A model generated the notes under the pieces. That model was not told the DNA's origin, searched no databases, and saw only the letters and a list, made by a program, of their open reading frames with translations. The translations under genes were made by a program, and so were the position numbers. Below, piece by piece: positions 1 through 9,938 of a DNA stretch of 64,000 nt; position 1 is the stretch's first letter; each line of letters begins with the position of its first letter. The stretch comes from an uncultured Alphaproteobacteria bacterium (GTDB lineage Bacteria > Pseudomonadota > Alphaproteobacteria > Rs-D84): assembly GCA_946623825.1 (NCBI GenBank), contig CAMORN010000002.1, forward strand, positions 20,237 through 84,236, in the 5' to 3' direction.

Positions 1-237
1 AATGGCCATGTATTAAAATCACCTATGGTTGGTGTTGCTTATTTATCACCTGAACCTGGCGCTGCACCTTTTGTAAAGGTTGGCGACACTGTTAAATCTG
101 GTGATACCGTTGCATTGGTAGAAGCAATGAAAACATTTAACCCAATTAAATCTGATATAGATGGTGTGGTCAAAGAAATATTGGTTGCTGATGGAAATGC
201 AGTTGAATTTGATACACCTATTATCGTTATAGAATAG
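1..237 (+). CDS. accB: Biotin carboxyl carrier protein, C-terminal biotinyl domain; 5' end lies outside the window
   Basis: Frame 1 reads ...SPMVGVAYLSPEPGAAPFVKVGDTVKSGDTVALVEAMKTFNPIKS..., with the EAMK biotinylation motif. It sits directly upstream of accC, as in the accBC operon. Confidence 0.85.
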   Translation, partial: NGHVLKSPMVGVAYLSPEPGAAPFVKVGDTVKSGDTVALVEAMKTFNPIKSDIDGVVKEILVADGNAVEFDTPIIVIE

Positions 238-238
238 G

Positions 239-1636
239 TTGAAAATTATGCCACAAATTAAAAAAGTTTTGATTGCAAATCGTGGTGAAATAGCATTGCG
301 TATTATTCGTGCCTGTCGTGATATGGGTATCAGAACGGTTGCTGTTTATTCAACCTCAGACAGGGACGCTATGCATGTAAAATTGGCAGATGAATCTGTA
401 TGTATTGGCCCTGCACAGAGCAGTGAATCATATCTTAATGAATCTGCAATTTTAACTGCCGCACTTTTAACAAACGCAGACGCAATTCACCCAGGCTATG
501 GATTTTTGTCCGAACGCGCTGATTTCGTAGAAAAGGTCGAACAACATCATCTTATCTGGATTGGCCCAAGCGCGGAAATGATTCGCAAAATGGGGGACAA
601 GGTTAACGCAAAACAAACCGCTGTCAAATGTGGTTTGCCTGTTGTTCCGGGCAGCGAAGGCGCCATTCGTGATATAGAAGAAGCAATTGTTTGGGCTGAT
701 AAAATTGGTTATCCAGTTATGATAAAAGCCGCTGCCGGTGGTGGTGGTCGTGGTATGCGCGCAATACATGATGTAAATGAATTGCGTGAATTTTTTCCTA
801 TTGTAAAAGCTGAATCTAAATCGGCTTTCGGTGATGATACACTTTATATGGAAAAATTATTATTACACCCACGTCATATTGAATTTCAAGTTTTGGGTGA
901 TAATCACGGAAATGTTGTTATATTCGGTGAACGCGATTGTTCTTTACAACGAAAAAATCAAAAAGTTATGGAAGAATGTCCAGCTGCTATTTTAACACAA
1001 AAACAGCGTGATGATATGATTGAAATCTGTAAAACCGCTGCCAAGAAAATGAAATACGCAAATGCCGGTACATTTGAATTTATGTTTGAAGACGGTAAAT
1101 TCTATTTCCTTGAAATGAATACCAGATTACAGGTTGAACACCCTGTGACAGAAATGGTTTATGGTATAGATTTGGTTCGTGAACAAATCAGAATTGCCGC
1201 TGGTGAAAAATTGGGTTATACACAATCAAGTTTGGTTGCACACGGACATGCAATCGAATTTCGTATAAACGCCGAAGACCCTGAAACATTTATCCCAAAC
1301 CCTGGTAAAATAGAATTATATGCACCATCTGGTGGTTTGGGTGTTCGCGTGGACAGTGCTGTTTACAGCGGTTATACAATTCCACCAACATACGATTCTA
1401 TGATTGCAAAATTAATTGTTCATGCGCAATCAAGACCCGCTTGCATTATGCGTGCAGAACGCGCATTGGACGAATTTGTTATAGAAGGAATCAAAACAAC
1501 AATTCCTTTGCAGAAAGAACTGTTATCTAACAGTGATGTCCGCCAATTAAAAACAGATAACCATTGGTTGGAACATTATCTGGAAGAAAAAAAGAATAAC
1601 CCTGAAATTGTTGAAGAAACAAACACAGAAGAATAA
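239..1636 (+). CDS. accC: Biotin carboxylase (acetyl-CoA carboxylase subunit)
   Basis: 465 aa. N-terminus KVLIANRGEIALRIIRACRDMGI, glycine-rich AAGGGGRGMR loop, ATP-grasp fold throughout, directly after accB. Confidence 0.95.
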   Translation: MKIMPQIKKVLIANRGEIALRIIRACRDMGIRTVAVYSTSDRDAMHVKLADESVCIGPAQSSESYLNESAILTAALLTNADAIHPGYGFLSERADFVEKVEQHHLIWIGPSAEMIRKMGDKVNAKQTAVKCGLPVVPGSEGAIRDIEEAIVWADKIGYPVMIKAAAGGGGRGMRAIHDVNELREFFPIVKAESKSAFGDDTLYMEKLLLHPRHIEFQVLGDNHGNVVIFGERDCSLQRKNQKVMEECPAAILTQKQRDDMIEICKTAAKKMKYANAGTFEFMFEDGKFYFLEMNTRLQVEHPVTEMVYGIDLVREQIRIAAGEKLGYTQSSLVAHGHAIEFRINAEDPETFIPNPGKIELYAPSGGLGVRVDSAVYSGYTIPPTYDSMIAKLIVHAQSRPACIMRAERALDEFVIEGIKTTIPLQKELLSNSDVRQLKTDNHWLEHYLEEKKNNPEIVEETNTEE

Positions 1637-1667
1637 AAAAAGACCCAAAAATTTGGGTCTTTTTTTA
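1635..1667. terminator. Bidirectional rho-independent terminator between convergent accC and pheT
   Basis: AGACCCAAA..TTTGGGTCT hairpin (1641-1660) flanked by an A-run upstream and a T-run downstream. Confidence 0.6.
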
Positions 1668-1683
1668 TTAGTCATTTTTTATT

Positions 1684-4002
1684 TTATGCACGCAATTTTG
1701 CGCCACATTTTGATTCTATGTTTTTAATAACAGTTTCCTGAATCTTGGACAATTCTGATTCGTCCATGTTATTTTCAGGATATATTGTTATTGTAAACGC
1801 GACAGATTTTTTACCATCACCCATATCAAAAGAATCAAATATCACAGCATTCGAAATTCTGAAATCGGCAGATATTGCCGTATTCACAATTTTTTCAGCT
1901 GCAAATTTACTGTCAACAACAAACGCGAAATCGCGTGTAATTGGCATAAATTCTGTGATTGGTGTCTTTTTGTTTTTTGGGTTTTGTGGTAAATTATTTA
2001 TATCTTCTACCATTGCGACAAATACTTTATTTTTAATATGCAATTGTTTTGCAATGGACGGATGTAATTGTCCAAATTCACCAAGAACTTTTTTACCCTG
2101 AACAATTTTTCCATAAACATATGGATGTGCCCAAAGCGGTGCATTATCAGATTCAATTGTATATTTTTGTGAACCCAACAAAGATATTAAATCAGCCTTG
2201 ACATCAAAAACATCTATGTTGCGATTACGTTTTTGCCAATGTTTAGGTGATGTTTCACCAACACGAACAATACAAATAGATGTATATTGTTCACCAGGTT
2301 TATCACCATAAAACACCGTTCCCAATTCAAACATATTTAAATCTGAGAAACCGCGTTTTTCATTATTAGCAACCGCCACCAATAAATTTTCCAACAAATT
2401 ATTACGCGCGGTATCCATATCAACCAAAATTGGATTAGCAATTTTTATAATTGGTTTGTCTGATAACAATTTTTCAATCTTGGAATTACCAAAACCAAAA
2501 GTTATAGATTCATTCAAACCACGATTTGCCAATTTTTGTTTCAAAGATATGTTTGTATCATTATGTTTAACATTTACAGATATATCTTTGATTAAATCAA
2601 GACCAACTTTGTCATAACCATAAATACGAACCAATTCGGAAACTATATTTTCTGGAATAACAATATCAACCCTTTGAGAAGTTGGGGTAATAATCCAATT
2701 TTTACCTGCTTGTTCAATATTGAAATGCAATTTTTCCAAAATCTTCTTTTGTGTTTCAGCATCTAATTTAATACCTGTTTTTTGTTCAAACAAATCAGGA
2801 TTATAAATCACAGGTTCTGGGACATAATTTTCACGACCAGCAACACCAACACCCACAATTTCGCCACCACATTCTTTCATAATGATATCAGCAGCAAAAG
2901 ACAATGCTTTTAATGTGCCATCTGGGTCTATACCGCGTTCATAACGATATGAAGAATCGGTTGATATACCGTATCTTTTCGCTGTTTTACGAACGAATAC
3001 AGGATCAAAATAAGCAGATTCCAGAATTATATTTTTTGTTTCGTTTGTAGTCGATGCACGCATACCACCAACAACACCAGCCAAAGCCAAAATACCGGCA
3101 TTATCGGTAATAACTAAATCTTTTTCACATAATTCATGTTCGTTTCCGAACAAGTCTGTGAATTTTTCTTGTGGTTTCGCCATACGAACAGTTATATCAC
3201 CAACAATTTCATCTGCATCAAAACAGTGCATAGGTTGTGCTAAATCATAGCAAATATAATTTGTTGCATCTATCGCAGCATTTTTTGGATTTATACCAGC
3301 ACTGTGTAAACGATTCTGGATTGTTTGGTTTGATTGTGTCATTTTCAAACCATGAATTTCACAAAAACGATATGTTTTACATGCCTCATTTGCCAACAAA
3401 TGAACATTTCTTGAACCAGAAACAGGTTTAATTAAATCAATTTTATTTTCAATATATTTACCCGCATCTGCAGCGCTTAAATCCAGCGCAATACCACGCA
3501 CAGATAAATAATCAGGACGGTTTGGTGTAATAGACGTTTCAAGCACAGCCGAACCCGTTCCCGCCAATGCAGATATAGGTTGACCAATAACTTCTTTTGA
3601 TTCATCTAATTCAATAATACCACTGTGGTCATCATTTATTCCCAATTCTTTGCCAGAACACATCATGCCATCTGACATAACGCCACGCAATTTACCAGAT
3701 TGAATAACAATGTCCCCAATCTTGCAACCAGGTATTGCCAACGCAGAAACTAAACCAACACGGGCATTTGGTGCACCACATACAACCTGACGCAAAATAC
3801 CGGTTCCATCATCAACCTTTAACACATGCAGATGGTCAGAATTTTCATGTGGAATACATTCAACAATTTTTGCTGCAATTGGTAATACAGGCACACATAA
3901 ATCTTCTACCTCTAACCCAATAGCAGTTAATTTATCAGCAATCTGTTCAGGTGTTAAATTTGTATCAAGATATTGTTTTAACCATTCATAAGACCATTTC
4001 AT
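1684..4002 (-). CDS. pheT: Phenylalanine--tRNA ligase beta subunit
   Basis: 772 aa with typical PheT N-terminal tRNA-binding, B3/4 and B5 domain layout. Immediately downstream of pheS. Confidence 0.93.
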   Translation of the reverse strand: MKWSYEWLKQYLDTNLTPEQIADKLTAIGLEVEDLCVPVLPIAAKIVECIPHENSDHLHVLKVDDGTGILRQVVCGAPNARVGLVSALAIPGCKIGDIVIQSGKLRGVMSDGMMCSGKELGINDDHSGIIELDESKEVIGQPISALAGTGSAVLETSITPNRPDYLSVRGIALDLSAADAGKYIENKIDLIKPVSGSRNVHLLANEACKTYRFCEIHGLKMTQSNQTIQNRLHSAGINPKNAAIDATNYICYDLAQPMHCFDADEIVGDITVRMAKPQEKFTDLFGNEHELCEKDLVITDNAGILALAGVVGGMRASTTNETKNIILESAYFDPVFVRKTAKRYGISTDSSYRYERGIDPDGTLKALSFAADIIMKECGGEIVGVGVAGRENYVPEPVIYNPDLFEQKTGIKLDAETQKKILEKLHFNIEQAGKNWIITPTSQRVDIVIPENIVSELVRIYGYDKVGLDLIKDISVNVKHNDTNISLKQKLANRGLNESITFGFGNSKIEKLLSDKPIIKIANPILVDMDTARNNLLENLLVAVANNEKRGFSDLNMFELGTVFYGDKPGEQYTSICIVRVGETSPKHWQKRNRNIDVFDVKADLISLLGSQKYTIESDNAPLWAHPYVYGKIVQGKKVLGEFGQLHPSIAKQLHIKNKVFVAMVEDINNLPQNPKNKKTPITEFMPITRDFAFVVDSKFAAEKIVNTAISADFRISNAVIFDSFDMGDGKKSVAFTITIYPENNMDESELSKIQETVIKNIESKCGAKLRA

Positions 4003-4017
4003 TTTTTACACCTTTTA

Positions 4018-4971
4018 TTAAAAACCACTGTTTTTCAACCAACGAATATCACCATCAGTAAATGCACGGATATCGTCCAGACCATATTTTACCATTGCCA
4101 ATCTGGCCCAACCAAAACCGAATGCAAAACCCTGATATTCATTTGGGTCTATGTTGCAATTTTTCAAAACATTTGGGTGAACCATACCGCCACATAATAA
4201 TTCCATCCATTTATCCCCGAATTTCATATCTATTTCAATAGATGGTTCTGTAAATGGGAAATAAGAAGGGCGAATACGCAATTCTACATTGTCTTTTTCA
4301 AAAAACTTTGAAGCAAATGTTCGCATAGTTGCCAACATATCAGACAGATTTATTTTCTTTTCCACTTTATCAACACACAAACCTTCTATTTGACCGAACA
4401 TAGCAGAATGTGTTGCATCTAATTCTTTGCGATAACATTGACCAACCGTAAACATTTTAATTGGGGCACCCAATTTTTCCATTGCACGAATTTGAACAGC
4501 ACTGGTTTGTGTACGCATTACATTGCCATTTTCCAAAAAGAATGTATCCTGCATATCACGGGCAGGGTGATAATCAGGTGTATTTAATGCGGTAAAATTA
4601 TGCCAATCATCTTCAATTTCTGGGCCATCCATAAATGTATATCCCAAAGATTCAAAAATACTAACTACTTCCTTGAAACTCTGGGTCAAAGGATGAATTG
4701 TTCCACGATTTTCAGGTTCACAATCTAAACTGACATCAACAAATTCTGTTGCCAATTTTGCATTTAACGCAGCATTTTCAAGTTCAATTTGTTTATCTTT
4801 GAACAATTGACGCAATTCAGCATTTTCAGTATTTACAATTGCCCTTTCTTCGTTGGATAAATTGGCCATATTTTTCAATTTAGCCGTCATAGTTCCGTTT
4901 TTACCGAAAGTCGCAGTGTACAATTCCTGTAATTCTTCAAGTGATGATATACTTTTAATTTTATCTTTCAT
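4018..4971 (-). CDS. pheS: Phenylalanine--tRNA ligase alpha subunit
   Basis: 317 aa with class II aaRS motifs (FPFTEPS, GFAFGFGWARLAM). Confidence 0.95.
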   Translation of the reverse strand: MKDKIKSISSLEELQELYTATFGKNGTMTAKLKNMANLSNEERAIVNTENAELRQLFKDKQIELENAALNAKLATEFVDVSLDCEPENRGTIHPLTQSFKEVVSIFESLGYTFMDGPEIEDDWHNFTALNTPDYHPARDMQDTFFLENGNVMRTQTSAVQIRAMEKLGAPIKMFTVGQCYRKELDATHSAMFGQIEGLCVDKVEKKINLSDMLATMRTFASKFFEKDNVELRIRPSYFPFTEPSIEIDMKFGDKWMELLCGGMVHPNVLKNCNIDPNEYQGFAFGFGWARLAMVKYGLDDIRAFTDGDIRWLKNSGF

Positions 4972-4989
4972 AATTTCCCCGCTTAAATA

Positions 4990-5017
4990 AATAAGACCGT
5001 ATTGCTACGGCCTTATT
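4990..5017 (-). promoter_or_regulatory. Stem-loop between rplT and pheS; possible terminator or attenuator
   Basis: AATAAGACCGTA/TACGGCCTTATT 12-bp stem with one mismatch and a TTGC loop. On the minus strand it is followed by a U-rich tract, then the pheS RBS AAGCGGGG. Confidence 0.4.
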
Positions 5018-5046
5018 ATGACAAAACAAATCATTGCCGTATAGCA

Positions 5047-5415
5047 TTATTTTGCAGATTCAGCAATAAATCGTTTAGCTGTTTCAACCAATGTGTCGAA
5101 GTTTTTATCAGCATCATATGCCATTTGGGCCAAAACTTTGCGGTCCAATGAGATACCTGCTTTCTTCAAACCATTCATAAATTGGCTGTAAGTCAAACCG
5201 TTAGCACGAACAGCAGCATTAATACGAACAATCCACAAAGAACGAAAATCACGTTTCTTTTGACGACGATCGCGATATGCATATTGTCCTGCTTTTTCAG
5301 TTTTTTCACGTGCAGCACGATAAGTTGAATGATGACGGGCCAAATAACCCTTGGCACGATCAAGTATTTTCTTATGTTTTTGTTTAACGGTAGTTCCGCG
5401 TTTTACTCTTGCCAT
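5047..5415 (-). CDS. rplT: 50S ribosomal protein L20
   Basis: [24 protein letters not shown]... is the canonical bL20 N-terminus. Confidence 0.95.
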   Translation of the reverse strand: MARVKRGTTVKQKHKKILDRAKGYLARHHSTYRAAREKTEKAGQYAYRDRRQKKRDFRSLWIVRINAAVRANGLTYSQFMNGLKKAGISLDRKVLAQMAYDADKNFDTLVETAKRFIAESAK

Positions 5416-5427
5416 GATTGCCCCCTA

Positions 5428-5631
5428 TTATTTCAAACCGTATGGAGCCAAGATTTTAGCCTGACCCATCATGTTATCGTTCAAGTACTGTGGTTTAGAT
5501 CCAGCGTTATTAGCGCGTTTAGATTTATGCAACAGACATTTATGGTGAGCATTTCTTGCAACACGGATTTTTCCAGTTGCAGTCATGGATGCACGTTTCT
5601 TTAAATAAGATTTTGTTTTCATTTTTGGCAT
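5428..5631 (-). CDS. rpmI: 50S ribosomal protein L35
   Basis: MPKMKTKSYLKKRASMTATGKIRV... is bL35. Directly upstream of rplT. Confidence 0.9.
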   Translation of the reverse strand: MPKMKTKSYLKKRASMTATGKIRVARNAHHKCLLHKSKRANNAGSKPQYLNDNMMGQAKILAPYGLK

Positions 5632-5758
5632 TTTTTATCCTTTTTTTTGTACCCTCGTGGCAATGCCTTGCCATTTCGGTTGACTCTATTTTGACAGATA
5701 AAAAAGAAAAATCAAGTTTTTATTGAATATTCGCTTTTTTCTGATTAAAGTATTTTTC

Positions 5759-6580
5759 ATGACAAAAGACAAATTATCTTACAAAATATCAAAAATCATA
5801 AAATCAGCCATTGCAACGGCTGCTCTGCCTATTTTTATAATATATATCATGGTTGCAAAACCAGATTATGCCATTATGAATGGTATGGCACATATTGTTT
5901 TACCGGTTGCAAATGCGGTTGGTGCGGTTATAACATGGCCAATTCGTGCGGTTGGACATGGGGCAGATTGGGTTCGAGAAACCGCAAATTTGCGCTCTGA
6001 AAACGAAAGATTGAGATTATTATTAGATGAAGCACAATCAAATAAAAATGCCTGTGATGTCGCAATTGCTGAAAACAAAAAATTGGAAAACGAATTAAAT
6101 GTGAAAAAAACATCGCCATTTGATACAGTTGTTGCAAATATTCAATTTGAAGATGCCGCTTTTTATCATTCTACATTTTTAATAGATAAAGGTCGTAAAA
6201 ACGGCCTTGAAAAAGGTATGGTTGTTGTTTCTTTTGAAAACAGACTTGTTGGAACTATCATGGATTGTGGTTCTGAATTTTGCCGTGTTCGTTCTTTAAG
6301 TGATTCTGACACAAATATTGCAGTTCGAATTGCAGGAACAGATATTTCCGGTTTTTTAAAAGGAAATGGTAAAAATAAATCTTCTATCGGATTTTTTAAT
6401 GATACTAAATTTGAATCACAAAAGGGCTTAAAAGTTATAAGCAGTAATATCAGTGGTATTTTACCTTCTGGTATATATATTGGAACAACATTAGATAATG
6501 GTCATGTTGATGTATTAACACCAAACAAGATTTCGCGTGTTATAGTATTAAAATATACAAATCAGGGTTCTTATAAATAA
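5759..6580 (+). CDS. mreC: Rod shape-determining protein MreC
   Basis: N-terminal TM, coiled coil (ENERLRLLLDEAQ...ENELN), then the MreC beta-domain pattern (GMVVVS..RLVGTI....GILPSGIYIGT). The ORF track starts at TTG 5723; ATG 5759 (MTKDKL) is more likely. First gene of the mreCD-mrdA-rodA block. Confidence 0.75.
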   Translation: MTKDKLSYKISKIIKSAIATAALPIFIIYIMVAKPDYAIMNGMAHIVLPVANAVGAVITWPIRAVGHGADWVRETANLRSENERLRLLLDEAQSNKNACDVAIAENKKLENELNVKKTSPFDTVVANIQFEDAAFYHSTFLIDKGRKNGLEKGMVVVSFENRLVGTIMDCGSEFCRVRSLSDSDTNIAVRIAGTDISGFLKGNGKNKSSIGFFNDTKFESQKGLKVISSNISGILPSGIYIGTTLDNGHVDVLTPNKISRVIVLKYTNQGSYK

Positions 6581-7029
6581 TGTATGAATTAAAGACTTTT
6601 TTTAAAAATTCATTTCCTTTTTTAATTACCTTGTTTTTATGGTATTTATCCATTTCTTTTTGGAATCCGGCTGGAATATTGGCATTGATACCAATATTTT
6701 ACTATTCTTTTGTAAAACCAACAAAAGGATTTAGTTTATATGCGTTTTTATTCTGTTTTCTGATAGATTACAGATGTGATTTAACATTGCTTTGGTCTTT
6801 CATGTTTTGTTTATTTTACGCAATAAACGGCTTTCAAAAATTTATAGATTTAAGTTGCACAGATAATAACGCAATAAATGTATTTATGGTATTTATCGGA
6901 CTTGGAATTTTTGTTTTGACCTTGTCCCATTTTACATGGTTAAATTTAATACATAATATATGGTTGATGATATGGTTTTGGGTATTATATACACCAATAA
7001 CTGCACTAGATAAATGGGTAAATAAATGA
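6580..7029 (+). CDS. mreD: Rod shape-determining protein MreD (polytopic membrane protein)
   Basis: 149-aa highly hydrophobic protein with about 5 TM segments. ATGA-coupled to mreC and followed by mrdA. Confidence 0.6.
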   Translation: MYELKTFFKNSFPFLITLFLWYLSISFWNPAGILALIPIFYYSFVKPTKGFSLYAFLFCFLIDYRCDLTLLWSFMFCLFYAINGFQKFIDLSCTDNNAINVFMVFIGLGIFVLTLSHFTWLNLIHNIWLMIWFWVLYTPITALDKWVNK

Positions 7030-8792
7030 TAGACACAGAAGTAGCAAGAACATTCGACAGACGCAGTGCTTTGTTTTTAACGGGCGGGGCGGTTCTTACT
7101 TCTTTGTTGGTTTTGCGTATGTTGCAGATGCAGATTTTTGAATATCGTGAATATAATCGTAAAAGTGAAAACAATTCTTTCCGTATTCAAATAACCATGC
7201 CTAAAAGGGGAAATATATTATCTGAATCTGGTTCTATTATTTCCCAAGATATTCCAATTTATAGAATATATATTATCCCAGAAGAAACTGATGATATAAC
7301 AAGCCTTGTTCAATTCATCACAGATGAATTAAAACTGCGGAAAAAAACCGTGGACAGAATTTGGCGAACGATAAAAAAACAACAATCTTTTCAACCTGTT
7401 CTTATCAGTGAAAATTCTAATTGGGATACACTAGCAAAATTGGCTGCTAAAAATATAGCTGGAATACATATAACCAATGGTTTTTCGCGTTCTTATGAAT
7501 TAGGTCCCGCCGGTGCCCAGATATTTGGTTATGTTGGTGCACCAAAGAAAAGTGTCCCAAATAATCCGTTTTTTACAACGGGTATAACCGGTCTCGAAAA
7601 AAGATATAATAATGATGTTGCTGGAACACCGGGACAAACAGTTATGATAACAAACGCCGTTGGTCGAATCACAGGTGAAGATAAATCTCAATTTATATCT
7701 CCGATTGTTGGGAAAAATATCAAAACAACAATTCGTGATAATGTACAAAAAGTTTTATATGATTCTTTATCAATGCATCGTGCTGGCTGTGGTGTTGCAC
7801 TTGATTTAGAAAATGGCGCAATACTTGCGATGGCTTCAACACCAAGTTTTGATCCAAATAATTTCAAAACAGATGATGGTGAAGAATACATATCATCATT
7901 ATTGCAAGATGTTGCAAAACCATTTATGAATAAAACAATAGAAGGTTTATATCCACCGGGGTCAACTTTCAAAATCGTTGTTGCATTGGCCGCCCTTGAA
8001 AGTGGCGCAATAACACCAAATGAAAAAGTATTTTGCCCTGGTTATTGGGAATATGGCGATCATAAATATCATTGTTGGGAAAAACACGGTCATGGTTATG
8101 TAGATTTATACGGTGCATTAAAACATTCATGCGACATATATTTTTATCAGTTGGCTTTACGTATTGGAATTGACGCTATTAAATCTATGGCTTTAAAATT
8201 AGGTTTAAATAAAAAATATATGGATGATGTTCTGGCTCATGAAATGGTTGGAATTATCCCAGACAGAAAATGGAAAGAAAGAAACGTTGGTTCATCATGG
8301 GTTCATGGTGACACCATTATTTCTGGTATAGGTCAGGGATTTATTCTGACAAATTGTTTGCAATTGGCAGTTATGATGGGACGTGTTGCGTCTAATAAAG
8401 AAATAACACCACATTTGATTTATACAAACAAAAAACAGAATTTTAAAAACCTTGGTTTACAACAAAAAAATATCAGACATGTTTTAACCGGTCTTGAACA
8501 AGTCACACAAAAGGGTGGAACAGCATCTGGTTCTGCAATAAATGTGAACGGTAAAAAAATGGGTGGTAAAACTGGAACATCTCAGGTTCGTAATATTTCA
8601 AAACAAGAACGAAAAACAGGTGTTTTAACAACAGAACAATTAAAATGGAATTTAAGGAATCATGGTTTATTTGTTGGTTATGCACCAACTGATAATCCAA
8701 AATATGCAGTATGTGTAATAATGGAACACGCGGGCGGATCGTCTCCTGCCGCTCACGCAGCCGCAGATATGATGAAGGAATTATTAAAATAA
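7026..8792 (+). CDS. mrdA: Peptidoglycan D,D-transpeptidase PBP2
   Basis: 588 aa with N-terminal TM, STFK (SxxK) motif and KTGT motif. Confidence 0.9.
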   Translation: MIDTEVARTFDRRSALFLTGGAVLTSLLVLRMLQMQIFEYREYNRKSENNSFRIQITMPKRGNILSESGSIISQDIPIYRIYIIPEETDDITSLVQFITDELKLRKKTVDRIWRTIKKQQSFQPVLISENSNWDTLAKLAAKNIAGIHITNGFSRSYELGPAGAQIFGYVGAPKKSVPNNPFFTTGITGLEKRYNNDVAGTPGQTVMITNAVGRITGEDKSQFISPIVGKNIKTTIRDNVQKVLYDSLSMHRAGCGVALDLENGAILAMASTPSFDPNNFKTDDGEEYISSLLQDVAKPFMNKTIEGLYPPGSTFKIVVALAALESGAITPNEKVFCPGYWEYGDHKYHCWEKHGHGYVDLYGALKHSCDIYFYQLALRIGIDAIKSMALKLGLNKKYMDDVLAHEMVGIIPDRKWKERNVGSSWVHGDTIISGIGQGFILTNCLQLAVMMGRVASNKEITPHLIYTNKKQNFKNLGLQQKNIRHVLTGLEQVTQKGGTASGSAINVNGKKMGGKTGTSQVRNISKQERKTGVLTTEQLKWNLRNHGLFVGYAPTDNPKYAVCVIMEHAGGSSPAAHAAADMMKELLK

Positions 8793-8793
8793 A

Positions 8794-9936
8794 ATGGCAA
8801 CAACACGTGTATCTAATGCAAATATGATGACATTCAATGAAAAGCTTTCACGTTTTTCATGGTTACTTTTTATACCTATGTTTGTTGTTTTAATATTTTC
8901 AATAATTGTTTTATTCAGTGCGGGTGGCGGTTCGTGGTTTCCATATGCGATGTCACAAATGATGAAGATGATTTTCGGTATGGCTATATTCTTTATTGTG
9001 GCATTTTCAAATATAAAAACATGGATAAAATCTGCTTATTTTATTTATGCAATAGCATTGATATTGATTATACTGGTCACATTTGTTGGTGATGTTGGTA
9101 TGGGCGCACAAAGATGGTTAAATCTAGGTTTTATAAATATTCAACCATCTGAATTTATAAAAATAGCTTTGGTATTGGCATTGGCAAGATATTTTGCATG
9201 GCAAAACAGTGTTGAATTATCACAATTTAAAAATTATATTATCCCAATTTTATTATTTATCGTTCCATTTATATTTATCTTTTTACAACCAGATCTTGGG
9301 ACTGGGATATCTGTTGGTTTAATAACATTGGGTATGTTTTACATTGTTGGTGCAAACAAAAAATGGTTTTTAATTGCTTTTATATTGGGTTTGATTGTAT
9401 CACCGGCGGTATGGTATGGTGCATTACATGATTATCAACGCGACAGAATTATAACATTTATAAATCCAGACAGTGATCCACGCGGTGCAGGTTATCAAAT
9501 AAATCAGGCAAAAATAGCATTCGGCAGTGGCGGTATAATTGGCAAAGGCTATATGTCTGGAACACAATCACAACAATCATTTTTACCTGAAAAACAAACT
9601 GATTTTATTTTTACAATGATGGGTGAAGAATTTGGTTTTATTGGCGCATTTTTATTAATATCTATATATACATTTATTGTTATCATGCTGTTTTGGGCAT
9701 CAAAAACATGCAGAAACAGATTTGGTCAATTGGTATGTTTTGGTTTTATGTTGAACTTTTTTGTTTATTATTTTATAAATATCTCGATGGTTTTGGGACT
9801 GATGCCGACGGTTGGGGTTCCTTTACCGTTAATGTCTTTTGGGGGAAGCAGTTTGATTTCATTGCTTTTTGGCTTTGGTTTATGTCAAAATGCTCATATC
9901 CACAAAGACCAACAATTATCGTCTAGAGGGTTTTAG
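8794..9936 (+). CDS. mrdB: Peptidoglycan glycosyltransferase RodA (SEDS family)
   Basis: 380-aa polytopic membrane protein, SEDS-like, immediately after PBP2. Confidence 0.88.
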   Translation: MATTRVSNANMMTFNEKLSRFSWLLFIPMFVVLIFSIIVLFSAGGGSWFPYAMSQMMKMIFGMAIFFIVAFSNIKTWIKSAYFIYAIALILIILVTFVGDVGMGAQRWLNLGFINIQPSEFIKIALVLALARYFAWQNSVELSQFKNYIIPILLFIVPFIFIFLQPDLGTGISVGLITLGMFYIVGANKKWFLIAFILGLIVSPAVWYGALHDYQRDRIITFINPDSDPRGAGYQINQAKIAFGSGGIIGKGYMSGTQSQQSFLPEKQTDFIFTMMGEEFGFIGAFLLISIYTFIVIMLFWASKTCRNRFGQLVCFGFMLNFFVYYFINISMVLGLMPTVGVPLPLMSFGGSSLISLLFGFGLCQNAHIHKDQQLSSRGF

Positions 9937-9938
9937 AA

